Below, piece after piece: positions 37,914-46,674 of a DNA stretch of 64,000 nucleotides. Within the stretch, counting starts at the first letter, position 1; the number at the start of each line of letters is the position of its first letter. This DNA is from Candidatus Zixiibacteriota bacterium (GTDB taxonomy: Bacteria > Zixibacteria > MSB-5A5 > UBA10806 > 4484-95), in NCBI GenBank assembly GCA_037441845.1, contig JBBIRK010000001.1, forward strand, positions 160,001-224,000. Direction: 5' to 3'. The position numbers were made by a program, and so were the translations under genes. The notes beneath the pieces are model-generated. The model was not told the DNA's origin. It ran no database searches and saw only the letters and a program-made list of their open reading frames with translations.

Positions 37914-40031
37914 ATGTCGGAATCAGCAAATAAATCGGATCTCGATTATATTTTCAGGCCGAAATCAATAGCGGTAATCGGCGCCACCGTCAAAGAATAT
38001 ACGATCGGCCGGGCGATACTCCATAACATGATCATCAACGAATTCAAGGGCAAAATATTTCCGGTTAATCCCCATGCCCAGGTAATTCAATGCCTTAAGT
38101 GCTACCCCGACGTCGAGGCGATTCCCGATCCGGTCGATTTGGCGGTGATAATGGTGAAAAAGGAACTGGTGGCGGAAACGCTCGAGCAGTGCGGCCGCAA
38201 AAACGTGAAAGGTGCGGTGGTCATCACCAGCGGCTTCCGCGAAATTGGCGGCAAAGGGATCGAGGAAGAGGAACGCCTGATTAAAATAATAAATAAATAC
38301 GGCATGCGAATGGTCGGCCCCAACTGTTTTGGAATCATAAACACCGATCCCCAAATTTCGATAAACGCCACCTTTTCCAAAACGCGGCCGCGTCAAGGGA
38401 AAGTCGCTTTCATTTCGCAGTCGGGCGCTCTGGGCGAGGCCATTCTCGATTATGCATATCAACTGAAACTCGGCTTTTCGATATTCGTTTCGATGGGCAA
38501 TAAGGCAAATATCTCGGGCGCCGATATGCTCGAATATCTCGAAAACGACCCCCGTACCGAGTTGATCCTGCTTTATTTGGAGAATTTCAAGAATCCCCGT
38601 CGATTCGCTGAAATCGCCAGAAGAGTGGCCCACAAAAAACCGATTATCGCTATCAAAGCCGGACGCACCTCCGCCGGCGCAAAGGCCATAAGTTCGCATA
38701 CCGGAGTGCTGGCGACTCCCGATGTCGGAGTCGATGCCATGTTTCGTCAGTGTGGTGTCATCAGGGTCGATACCGTGGACGAGCTTTTCGATTATACGCT
38801 CGCATTCGTAAGTCAGCCGCTGCCGAAATCCAACCGTGTGGCGATTATCACCAATGCGGGCGGCCCGGGAATCATGGCCACCGATGCCGCCGTGGGAGCC
38901 GGGTTGGAGGTGGCGCCGTTGACTGCGGATACGACCGCCTACCTGCGCGCTCATCTGCCCGATATGGCCGCTGTCGGGAATCCTATCGACGTCATCGCCA
39001 GCGGGGGCCCGGATGCTTACGGCGCCGCTTTGAACGCCGTTTTTCGCGATCCCAACATAGATTCGATCATCTGCATCTTCGTGCCGCCGATCGTGGTCGA
39101 TCATCGGGCGGTCATAAACGCGATCGCGGAAACGGTGGATAGGTTCAACAATTGCAAGACATTCCTCGCCTGTTTCATGAATATGCCCGAGATTATCGCC
39201 GGTCACGAGGAATTGGCCAACCGACATATTCCGATTTATACTTTTCCCGAGGCGGCGGCGCGGGCGCTTGCCGGTCTTTTCAAATGCGCTCAATACAGGA
39301 ACCGCCCGGATGGAGCACTCAAAACTTTCGAGGTGGATCGAGAGACCGCAATGGCGGTCGTTAAGTCGGCTATCGCAGCCGGGCGCAAAGCGATTATGGG
39401 CGGTGAGGCGATCGCGATCCTGCGGGCCTACGGAATAAATGTGGCACCCACGGCCAAGGCGAAAACGGCGGTTGAGTTAGCCAAACTATCCTCGGAAATA
39501 GGATATCCACAGGTGATAAAACTCGATGATCCCGAGGTAATCCACAAGACCGATGTCGGTGGAGTGGTGCTCGATATCAATTCCCTGGAAGAGGCTAAAA
39601 AGGCGTTTGCCCGATTGGAGGCGGCTTTCACTCGAAATGGGGTATTCGCCGGCGTCATAATTCAAAAAATGATCAAAGGCGGAATTGAAACCATTATCGG
39701 CATGAACTGCGACCCCTACTTCGGTCCCTTGCTCATGTTCGGGCTGGGCGGCATCTCGGTCGAGGTGATGAAAGATGTCGCCTTCATGATGTATCCATTG
39801 ACCGACAGAGACGCGGCGGAGATGATTCGTCAGATAAAGGGTTATCCGCTTCTATTCGGTTTTCGGGGCGCCGCTCCTGTGGATCACGCCAGGCTCGAGG
39901 AAACGCTCCTGCGCCTATCGCAACTCGTGGGCGATTTTCCGGAATTCGAATCGCTCGATATAAACCCGTTTATAGCCGGAACCCGGCCGGAAAATTCGCT
40001 GGCGATCGACGCCAGAATCATACTGAAATAA
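37914..40031 (+). CDS. Acyl/acetate-CoA ligase (ADP-forming), fused alpha-beta
   Basis: PKSIAVIGA, GPNCFG, SQSGA, GNKA, SHTG, TNAGG.G, NPID, HKTDVGGV, LDINP. Confidence 0.92.
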   Translation: MSESANKSDLDYIFRPKSIAVIGATVKEYTIGRAILHNMIINEFKGKIFPVNPHAQVIQCLKCYPDVEAIPDPVDLAVIMVKKELVAETLEQCGRKNVKGAVVITSGFREIGGKGIEEEERLIKIINKYGMRMVGPNCFGIINTDPQISINATFSKTRPRQGKVAFISQSGALGEAILDYAYQLKLGFSIFVSMGNKANISGADMLEYLENDPRTELILLYLENFKNPRRFAEIARRVAHKKPIIAIKAGRTSAGAKAISSHTGVLATPDVGVDAMFRQCGVIRVDTVDELFDYTLAFVSQPLPKSNRVAIITNAGGPGIMATDAAVGAGLEVAPLTADTTAYLRAHLPDMAAVGNPIDVIASGGPDAYGAALNAVFRDPNIDSIICIFVPPIVVDHRAVINAIAETVDRFNNCKTFLACFMNMPEIIAGHEELANRHIPIYTFPEAAARALAGLFKCAQYRNRPDGALKTFEVDRETAMAVVKSAIAAGRKAIMGGEAIAILRAYGINVAPTAKAKTAVELAKLSSEIGYPQVIKLDDPEVIHKTDVGGVVLDINSLEEAKKAFARLEAAFTRNGVFAGVIIQKMIKGGIETIIGMNCDPYFGPLLMFGLGGISVEVMKDVAFMMYPLTDRDAAEMIRQIKGYPLLFGFRGAAPVDHARLEETLLRLSQLVGDFPEFESLDINPFIAGTRPENSLAIDARIILK

Positions 40032-40070
40032 AATCCGTCGGATAGGAATCGTGCCCGCTGAAAACGGCTG

Positions 40071-41138
40071 TCAATCGATCCAGTCGGCAATGAATATATT
40101 CGTCTCCCCGGCTTTGCTGCCGAAACGATTGGAAGCGAACACCAATTTCTTACCGTCGCGGGTGAACATCGGGAAACCATCGAATGTATCGTTGAAAGTA
40201 ATCTGTTCCAGGCCGCTGCCGTCGATATTGATGATGTAGAGATCGAAATCGCGCGGATTCTTGCCGTTCAGGTTCGAGCAGAATATAATTCTCTTGTTGT
40301 CCGGGTGAAAGAACGGGGCGAAACTCGCCTTGCCCAGGCTGGTAACCTGCTGGATATTCTTGCCGTCGGCATCCATCACGTAAATCTCCAGTGTCGTCGG
40401 GCGAACCAACCCCTCGTTGACCAACTCCTCATAATCGCGCAATTCGGCTTCGGTTTTAGGACGGCTGGCGCGAAACACTATCTTTTTGCCGTCCCAGGAA
40501 AAAAACGGTCCGCCGTCATATCCCTTTATATCGGTAAGCCTTTTTTGCTCGGTGCCGTCGAGATTCATCGTGTAGATTTCCGGATCGCGGTCCCGTGTCG
40601 AGGTGAATACGATTTTGTCCCCGAGCGGCGAGACCGTTCCCTCGGCATCGTAACCAGGCGCGGCGGTCAGCCGCCGACGGATTCGGCCATCGATCCCGGT
40701 AATATAGATATCGAAAGAGTCGTGCAATTTCCAGACGTATCCTCGGCTTCGATCTGGCGGCGGCGGGCAATCGGGGCCGGCGTGATGAGTCGATGAATAC
40801 AAAATCAACGAATCTCCGGGCAGAAAATAAGCGCAGGTGGTTCTTCCTTTTCCGGTAGAGAGCAACCGCTTGTCACTGCCGTCTATATTCATCACGAAAA
40901 TCTGATCGCAGGCGAAACTATCGACGGTAGCCTGAAATACGAGTTTATTTTCCGCAAAAGAGAAATATGCCTCGGCATTTTCGCCTCCCGCGGTCAATTT
41001 TCGAATATTACGCAAATGATTTTCGCCCGGCAGCCAGTAGCCGGTCGAGGAAAGCGTATCAGCCCAACCGTATGTCCACGGCCATGATAATGCGATTGCC
41101 AAAAACAATGCCTTGGTCTTGAAATCGGAAATTTTCAT
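40071..41138 (-). CDS. Exported TolB-like PD40-repeat beta-propeller protein
   Basis: GGENAEAYFS, GRTTCAYF, YDAEGTVSP, YDGGPFFS, FAPFFHP, FDGFPMF. Confidence 0.88.
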   Translation of the reverse strand: MKISDFKTKALFLAIALSWPWTYGWADTLSSTGYWLPGENHLRNIRKLTAGGENAEAYFSFAENKLVFQATVDSFACDQIFVMNIDGSDKRLLSTGKGRTTCAYFLPGDSLILYSSTHHAGPDCPPPPDRSRGYVWKLHDSFDIYITGIDGRIRRRLTAAPGYDAEGTVSPLGDKIVFTSTRDRDPEIYTMNLDGTEQKRLTDIKGYDGGPFFSWDGKKIVFRASRPKTEAELRDYEELVNEGLVRPTTLEIYVMDADGKNIQQVTSLGKASFAPFFHPDNKRIIFCSNLNGKNPRDFDLYIINIDGSGLEQITFNDTFDGFPMFTRDGKKLVFASNRFGSKAGETNIFIADWID

Positions 41139-41151
41139 AGTTTCTCTCGTT

Positions 41152-41682
41152 TTATCGTTTTTCGCCCAATTTTAGCGTAGTCTCAAAAGCTTCGCCGCCT
41201 TTGTCGGAAACAGTGACCAGCAATGCCGCAGCTGTCTTGCTCACGTAACAGCGCGATTCATTATCTATCTCGCAGTAGCCGGCGTCGATGTCGATATATA
41301 TCACCGCCCGGCCGGCTGCCGCCCTTATCGGAATGTTAAACGATTTTCCGGCAAATGAGTAACCGGATTTTTCGATTTTCACCGCCAGAGTGTCGCTGGA
41401 TAGCAGTTTCAACGAAAAGGGGTATAGTCGATTGAATTTCATACCGGTTGGAAGGCTTAACTTTAATTTCAAAGTTTTGGTCTGCGGGCTTATTGTTTCC
41501 GGCCCAAGAATTTCACGAAGAGAATCGAGATATGACGAGGAAGAATCGTGGGACACGAAAGCCATTGACGAGGCTTGCACCGGGCCGCTCGTTCGGTGAT
41601 TTCGGCCATCGGCAGGGTCGGCTTCGGGACGCCCGCCCACCATCGATATCATCAATAGGATAGCCAACCAATCAACAGACAT
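41152..41682 (-). CDS. Exported hypothetical protein with a Cys pair, resembling the NHLRC2/SOQ1 C-terminal or DsbD-N-like beta-sandwich
   Basis: LKLSLPTGMKFN..YP...GYCEIDNESRCY. Confidence 0.5.
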   Translation of the reverse strand: MSVDWLAILLMISMVGGRPEADPADGRNHRTSGPVQASSMAFVSHDSSSSYLDSLREILGPETISPQTKTLKLKLSLPTGMKFNRLYPFSLKLLSSDTLAVKIEKSGYSFAGKSFNIPIRAAAGRAVIYIDIDAGYCEIDNESRCYVSKTAAALLVTVSDKGGEAFETTLKLGEKR

Positions 41683-41815
41683 CGCTTCACGACCGTTTTT
41701 TCTTATACGAGGTGATTATAATCGAAGATCACGGTTGAAACAACATTTTGCGGGTCCAAAATCGCAAGCGATCACAAAAGACCAATTATACCGAACTCGG
41801 CGGCGACGAAAAAAA

Positions 41816-42280
41816 TCAACGTTCCGGAAAAAAAGCCTCGAGAACCTCGCCCGCATGCTCTTCGGGCTTGACCTTGTCGAATATATGAACAATCGTTCCC
41901 CCCTCGTCGATCAAGAACGTCTTCCGCGCGGTCCCCATCGACTTTTTGCCATACAGGTTTTTCTCGACCCATACCCCGTACAGATTCACCACTTTCTTGT
42001 CGGTGTCCGCAAGAAGAGTAAACGGCAGGTCGTATTTCTCGCGAAAGGCCGCATGCGATAATTCGTTATCGACGGAGACCCCGAGCACCACTACATCATG
42101 CTTTTCGAACTCAGAAAATTCGTCTCTGAACGAACAAGCTTCTTTGGTGCAGCCCGGCGTATCATCTTTGGGGTAAAAATAAAGCACCACTTTGCGACCC
42201 TTGTAATCGGACAACCGATGAAGGTTTCCCTGATGGTCTTTCAGTGCGAAATCGGGAGCTATCATTCCTGCTTTCAGCAT
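41816..42280 (-). CDS. bcp: Thioredoxin-dependent peroxiredoxin (BCP/PrxQ); possible upstream start at 42361 would add a lipoprotein signal
   Basis: VLYFYPKDDTPGCTKEACSFRD; GGAGG RBS before the ATG at 42280. Confidence 0.93.
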   Translation of the reverse strand: MLKAGMIAPDFALKDHQGNLHRLSDYKGRKVVLYFYPKDDTPGCTKEACSFRDEFSEFEKHDVVVLGVSVDNELSHAAFREKYDLPFTLLADTDKKVVNLYGVWVEKNLYGKKSMGTARKTFLIDEGGTIVHIFDKVKPEEHAGEVLEAFFPER

Positions 42281-42508
42281 CCTGCCTCCCTTGGCGAAAC
42301 AACCGCCGAGCAACGCAATCACGGCGGCGAAAATTATCAAATGTAAATTAATCCGATTCATCTTTTTTTTCTTTCTGCAACAAATAACAATACGCTCCAA
42401 ATCGATGTTCCCCCGAGCCAGGCCTCATTTCAAGATATCTCTTGAAACCGGCGCCAATAACAGCATAAAATTAGTGAAGAATATCTACTTATATCATGGG
42501 AGTCTGCC

Positions 42509-43972
42509 ATGGCTTTGCGAAGTTATCAGCAATATATCGATTCGTTGAAAAAAATGCGGCCCAACATCCATAAGTTCGGCGAGCTTATCGAAGACGTCAC
42601 AACCCATCCGGCCACGCGGCTGACGGTGGAAGGGCACAGCAAATCGTTCAGACTTTACGACGATCCCAGGGAAAAAGAGATACTGACGACGACATCCCAT
42701 CTGACAGGCGAGCCGATCAGCCGCTATCTCTCGATCATCAGGAGTCCCGAGGATATGTATGCCAACTGCCGCATGAAACGTCGAATGTTTCAGTTGACGG
42801 GAACCTGCACGGGTGGGCGATGTGTCGGCTGGACGGCGTTGAACGCGATGTTCGCCGCTACCTACGATATGGACGAGAAGCTCGGCACCGATTATCATCA
42901 CCGCTTTCTTGATTGGCTGAGTAACGCTCAGGCAAATGATATCACGTTAGCCGGCGCGCTGACCGATCCCAAAGGAGACCGCACGAAACCGCCCTCGCAG
43001 CAGGAGGATCCGGAAATGTTCCTGCGGATTATCGAGCGGCGTCCCGAGGGTATCGTGGTGCGCGGGGCGAAAGTGATGATTTGCGGAGTGGCAGCCGCCA
43101 ACGAGATATTCGTGCTGCCCGGTTCGGGATATAAAGAGCCTGATAAGGACTATGCCGTCGCTTTCGTGATTCCCCGCGATATTCCCGGGTTGACGATCGT
43201 CGAGACGCGTCGCCCCAGCGACAGCCGCGAGCTCGAAGACGGATTCGATATTCCGGTCAAGGAGGGTGGAATCACGCAGGCTTATCTGTTTTTCGAGGAC
43301 GTGTTCGTGCCCAAGGAAAGGGTTTTCATGGCAGGCGAATACCAATTTTCGTTGAATGTGGTGCTGTATTTCATCGCCGCTTACCGCGCTGCGATCGGCG
43401 CCTGCGTCGCCGGTCAGGGTGATGTCAAGATCGGGGCGGCGGTGTTAACCGCCAGAGCCAACGGCCTGCAATCGAAAACGTTCATCGACAAGATAATCAA
43501 AATGCATATAAACAACGAAACTACATTCGGCATGGGAATAGCTGCGGCGGCGCTGGGCAAAAAGCACCCCTCGGGAGCCTGGCATTGCGATATGTTGTTG
43601 GCCAACGTAAACAAAGTCCATGTGGCGGATCTGCCGTATGAAACTTCCCGGTTGGCGCAGGATATCGCCGGCGGTATCGCCGAGACGGGGTGCATGCCCG
43701 GCTATAAAGATTTCACCTCCCCTCAATACGGCCATCTGGTGCAAAAATACCTGAAAGCGAAATTATCGGCGGAAACGCGGGCTCGAGCGGCCCGACTGGT
43801 GGAATGGACGACGATCGGGGCGGGAGTTCCGGGTTGTCTTCACGGCGGCGGTTCTCCTGACGGCGCCAAACTGATGATAAGAGTTTCGGCGAATCTCGAG
43901 GAAAAGGTGGAAATCGCCCGGCGCCTGGCGGGGATCGAGGAACCGGTGCCGGAACCCGAGGGGAAGAAATGA
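42509..43972 (+). CDS. 4-hydroxybutyryl-CoA dehydratase-like (HpaB/AbfD family) flavin/Fe-S enzyme, divergent
   Basis: GALTDPKGDR, GIVVRGAK, FEDVFVPKERVF, AQDIAGG, HGGGSP; full-length similarity to AbfD from memory. Confidence 0.85.
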   Translation: MALRSYQQYIDSLKKMRPNIHKFGELIEDVTTHPATRLTVEGHSKSFRLYDDPREKEILTTTSHLTGEPISRYLSIIRSPEDMYANCRMKRRMFQLTGTCTGGRCVGWTALNAMFAATYDMDEKLGTDYHHRFLDWLSNAQANDITLAGALTDPKGDRTKPPSQQEDPEMFLRIIERRPEGIVVRGAKVMICGVAAANEIFVLPGSGYKEPDKDYAVAFVIPRDIPGLTIVETRRPSDSRELEDGFDIPVKEGGITQAYLFFEDVFVPKERVFMAGEYQFSLNVVLYFIAAYRAAIGACVAGQGDVKIGAAVLTARANGLQSKTFIDKIIKMHINNETTFGMGIAAAALGKKHPSGAWHCDMLLANVNKVHVADLPYETSRLAQDIAGGIAETGCMPGYKDFTSPQYGHLVQKYLKAKLSAETRARAARLVEWTTIGAGVPGCLHGGGSPDGAKLMIRVSANLEEKVEIARRLAGIEEPVPEPEGKK

Positions 43973-44126
43973 CGATCCCTGCCTGGCTTCAAGATTGTAT
44001 CGACGGCGCAAAAAATCATCGCTCTTAAGGCCGCGATAACGGCCGACTAAATCCCGATAAGCTGCTTGGCAGTTCGGCAGCCAATGTTTTCTTATGGCTT
44101 AAATCCAAACAGATAGGGTGGCTTAT

Positions 44127-44421
44127 GTGTCGAAATTTCGTGAAAATACAACGGCTGTTATCATAGTTCTGACAATTATTATGGCCGAGATTTCTTTCGC
44201 TGATATCCCAAGATTTATAAGGATAATAATGAGGCGATCGAGGCCTTCAAGCAAACCATAAGGATGAATTCTGATTATCCAGAGGCCCATTATTATCTCG
44301 GCGTAGCCTACGCAAAATTAGGCAATACCGGGACCGCACTCGAAGGATATAAAATTCTCAAGAGCCTTGACTCCGAACTGGCAGGCCGCTTTACGATTTG
44401 ATTTATAAATGGCGCTCATAA
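44127..44421 (+). pseudogene. Remnant of an exported TPR protein
   Basis: Signal-like frame from GTG 44127 (SKFRENTTAVIIVLTIIMAEISFADIP); a different frame 44204-44401 gives EAIEAFKQTIRMNSDYPEAHYYLGVAYAKLG..ALEGYKILKSLDSELA; the tail YDLIYK is shifted again. Confidence 0.6.
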
Positions 44422-44607
44422 GCCGTTTACAGCCTCTATGGCGCGCAATTCATACCATTCACAAATACGAATCCGAAAGAATATGGCTGTTTTCCATGTT
44501 TTATCTCTCCCGCTTCCCCATCCTCTCTGATCCCCTTTTGCCGTTGACCGTAAAGACTAAGACTTATATCTTGTGGAAGCTGTTTACGACAGAGAGGATG
44601 GTGTGGT

Positions 44608-46014
44608 ATGGTTGACAAAGTGCTAAGAAAAATCAAAGACGGCAAATTCGAATTCATCGATATCAAATTCACTGACCTGAAAGGATACTGGCGGCATATA
44701 ACCCTGCCTGCGGAAAAATTCGGCGAGAAAACGTTCGAGGATGGTGTCGGCATCGACGGATCCTCGCTCGGATTCCTTTCGGTCAAAGCGGGCGACATGA
44801 TAGCCAAACCCGACCCGTCATTTTGCTTCGTCGATCCTTTCTACAAAGAACCTACGCTGTCGATATTGGCGGATATATGTGAAGTAAATCCGCTGGAACC
44901 GCATCCGCGCGACCCCCGCCACACCCTGCGCAAGGCGATCAACGGGCTGCAAAAACTGATCCCCGGAGCCGAGGTGATCGTCGGCCCCGAATTCGAATTC
45001 TATCTGTTCGATCATGTGCGTTACGACCAGTCGCCCAGCCACGGCTTTTATTATCTCGATTCCGAGGAAGCCGAATGGAACTCCGGTCTTGATAACGAAA
45101 CCAACCTGGGCCATCAGATCCGCTATAAGGACGGCTACCATGCCACTCCCCCTCGCGACAAGACGTTCGCCATCAGATCGCATATATGCCGGCTTTTTAA
45201 GGAAACAGGGCTTGACGTAAAGTATCATCACCATGAGGTCGGCGGGGCATCGCAGCAGGAAATCGAGGTCGCTCTGGGTTCGATTATGCCGATGGCCGAT
45301 AAATCGCAGCTTGCCAAATATCTTATCAAAAACAGCGCCGCCGCTTTCGGCAAGTCGGCCAGTTTCATGCCCAAACCGCTGTTCATGGAGCCGGGTTCGG
45401 GCTTGCACGTGCACCAGTATCTCGCCAAGGACGGGCAATCGTTGTTTTACGATGAGAAAATGGCCTGCAAACTGTCGCAAATCGGCAAATGGTATCTGGG
45501 AGGGCTGCTCAAGCACGCGCCGGCGGTGCTGGCGTTCACCAATCCCTCGACCAATTCATTCAAGAGATTGGTGGCAGGGTTCGAGGCGCCGGTCCGAATC
45601 AGTTACTCGGTGGGAAATCGGACGACTGCGGTCAGGATTCCGGGATACATAAAAGATCCCGCGGTGATGCGTATCGAGTTCAGACCTCCTGACGGCACCG
45701 CCAACATCTATCTTGCTTTCGCCGCCATGGTGGCCGCCGGTCTTGATGGTATCCGCAACAAAATCGATCCCGGCGAGCCGCTTGATCTCGACGCGGGCGC
45801 CGCCGACAAAGAATATCTGGAAAAATACCCGCTGCTGCCTTCATCGCTGCTGAGAGCTATTGAAGCCTTAACCCAAGACAACGGATTTTTAACCGAAGAC
45901 GGTGTTTTTTCCAAAAGCCTAATCGATACCTGGATAAAAATGAAAGAGAACGAGGTCGAGCAAATCAGGATCAGGCCTCATCCCTGGGAATTCAGGTTGT
46001 ATTATGATGTCTGA
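44608..46014 (+). CDS. glnA: Glutamine synthetase type I
   Basis: DGSS, GPEFEFYLF, HHHEVG..QQEI, FMPKP..PGSGLHVH, NSFKRLV.GFEAP, NRT..VRIP, RIEFRPPD. Confidence 0.97.
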   Translation: MVDKVLRKIKDGKFEFIDIKFTDLKGYWRHITLPAEKFGEKTFEDGVGIDGSSLGFLSVKAGDMIAKPDPSFCFVDPFYKEPTLSILADICEVNPLEPHPRDPRHTLRKAINGLQKLIPGAEVIVGPEFEFYLFDHVRYDQSPSHGFYYLDSEEAEWNSGLDNETNLGHQIRYKDGYHATPPRDKTFAIRSHICRLFKETGLDVKYHHHEVGGASQQEIEVALGSIMPMADKSQLAKYLIKNSAAAFGKSASFMPKPLFMEPGSGLHVHQYLAKDGQSLFYDEKMACKLSQIGKWYLGGLLKHAPAVLAFTNPSTNSFKRLVAGFEAPVRISYSVGNRTTAVRIPGYIKDPAVMRIEFRPPDGTANIYLAFAAMVAAGLDGIRNKIDPGEPLDLDAGAADKEYLEKYPLLPSSLLRAIEALTQDNGFLTEDGVFSKSLIDTWIKMKENEVEQIRIRPHPWEFRLYYDV

Positions 46015-46513
46015 TGATCAAATAAATGAAAAAAACGCCGGCGAAGTCACTATCCGGATTGCCTTGCCCGAAGATGTAACCGCGATTTCCAAACTTTGGT
46101 TGAAGTTCATGGAATACAACGCCCGGTTCGATGATTCGTTTCGGGTAAAACCGCGGATACTATCACGGTTCGCCAGAGAAATACTGGATCGCCTGAACGA
46201 CCATGACTTTCGGATTGCCGTGGCCGACATGGGCGGAGAGATAGTCGGATACAGCTTTTCTTATATCTCGCGCAAACCCTACTTTTTCCGGCTGGGTAAG
46301 TTCGGTTTCATAGGCGACGTCTTCGTACTGGAACAATTCCGAGGAAGGGGAATCGGCCGGCTGCTGGCCGAAGACGCCCATGATTTTTTCCGCCGCCGAA
46401 ATGTAGAACAGGTTGAGTTGCTGGTCGCCACCAAAAACGTCGAAACCGTCAAATTTTGGGAAAAGCTCGGATACACGAGACTTCTCGAGTGGATGTACAA
46501 AAGAAACATCTAA
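46007..46513 (+). CDS. GNAT family N-acetyltransferase
   Basis: FVLEQFRGRGIGRLL acetyl-CoA motif and FWEKLGY; start overlaps the glnA stop. Confidence 0.9.
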   Translation: MSDDQINEKNAGEVTIRIALPEDVTAISKLWLKFMEYNARFDDSFRVKPRILSRFAREILDRLNDHDFRIAVADMGGEIVGYSFSYISRKPYFFRLGKFGFIGDVFVLEQFRGRGIGRLLAEDAHDFFRRRNVEQVELLVATKNVETVKFWEKLGYTRLLEWMYKRNI

Positions 46514-46610
46514 TAAAATTCGAAGACAAACCCCTATCTCTTTGCAGGCAGTATATAATCTTTGTCTTGTTCAGCGATTATAGGCCGATGCCCCAAAGTG
46601 ATCTTTGCTG

Positions 46611-46642
46611 AAAATAAAGGGGCACGGTGAACCATGCCCCTT
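46611..46642 (-). terminator. Intrinsic terminator after the Kgp-like gene
   Basis: Minus strand AAGGGGCATGG-ttca-CCGTGCCCCTTTATTTT. Confidence 0.75.
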
Positions 46643-46674
46643 CGCTAAGCCAGGATCCGTTTTTCGGATTATGT

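Noticed and set aside
37965..39293. 442-aa minus-strand ORF
   Set aside because: Antisense shadow of the acyl-CoA ligase gene.
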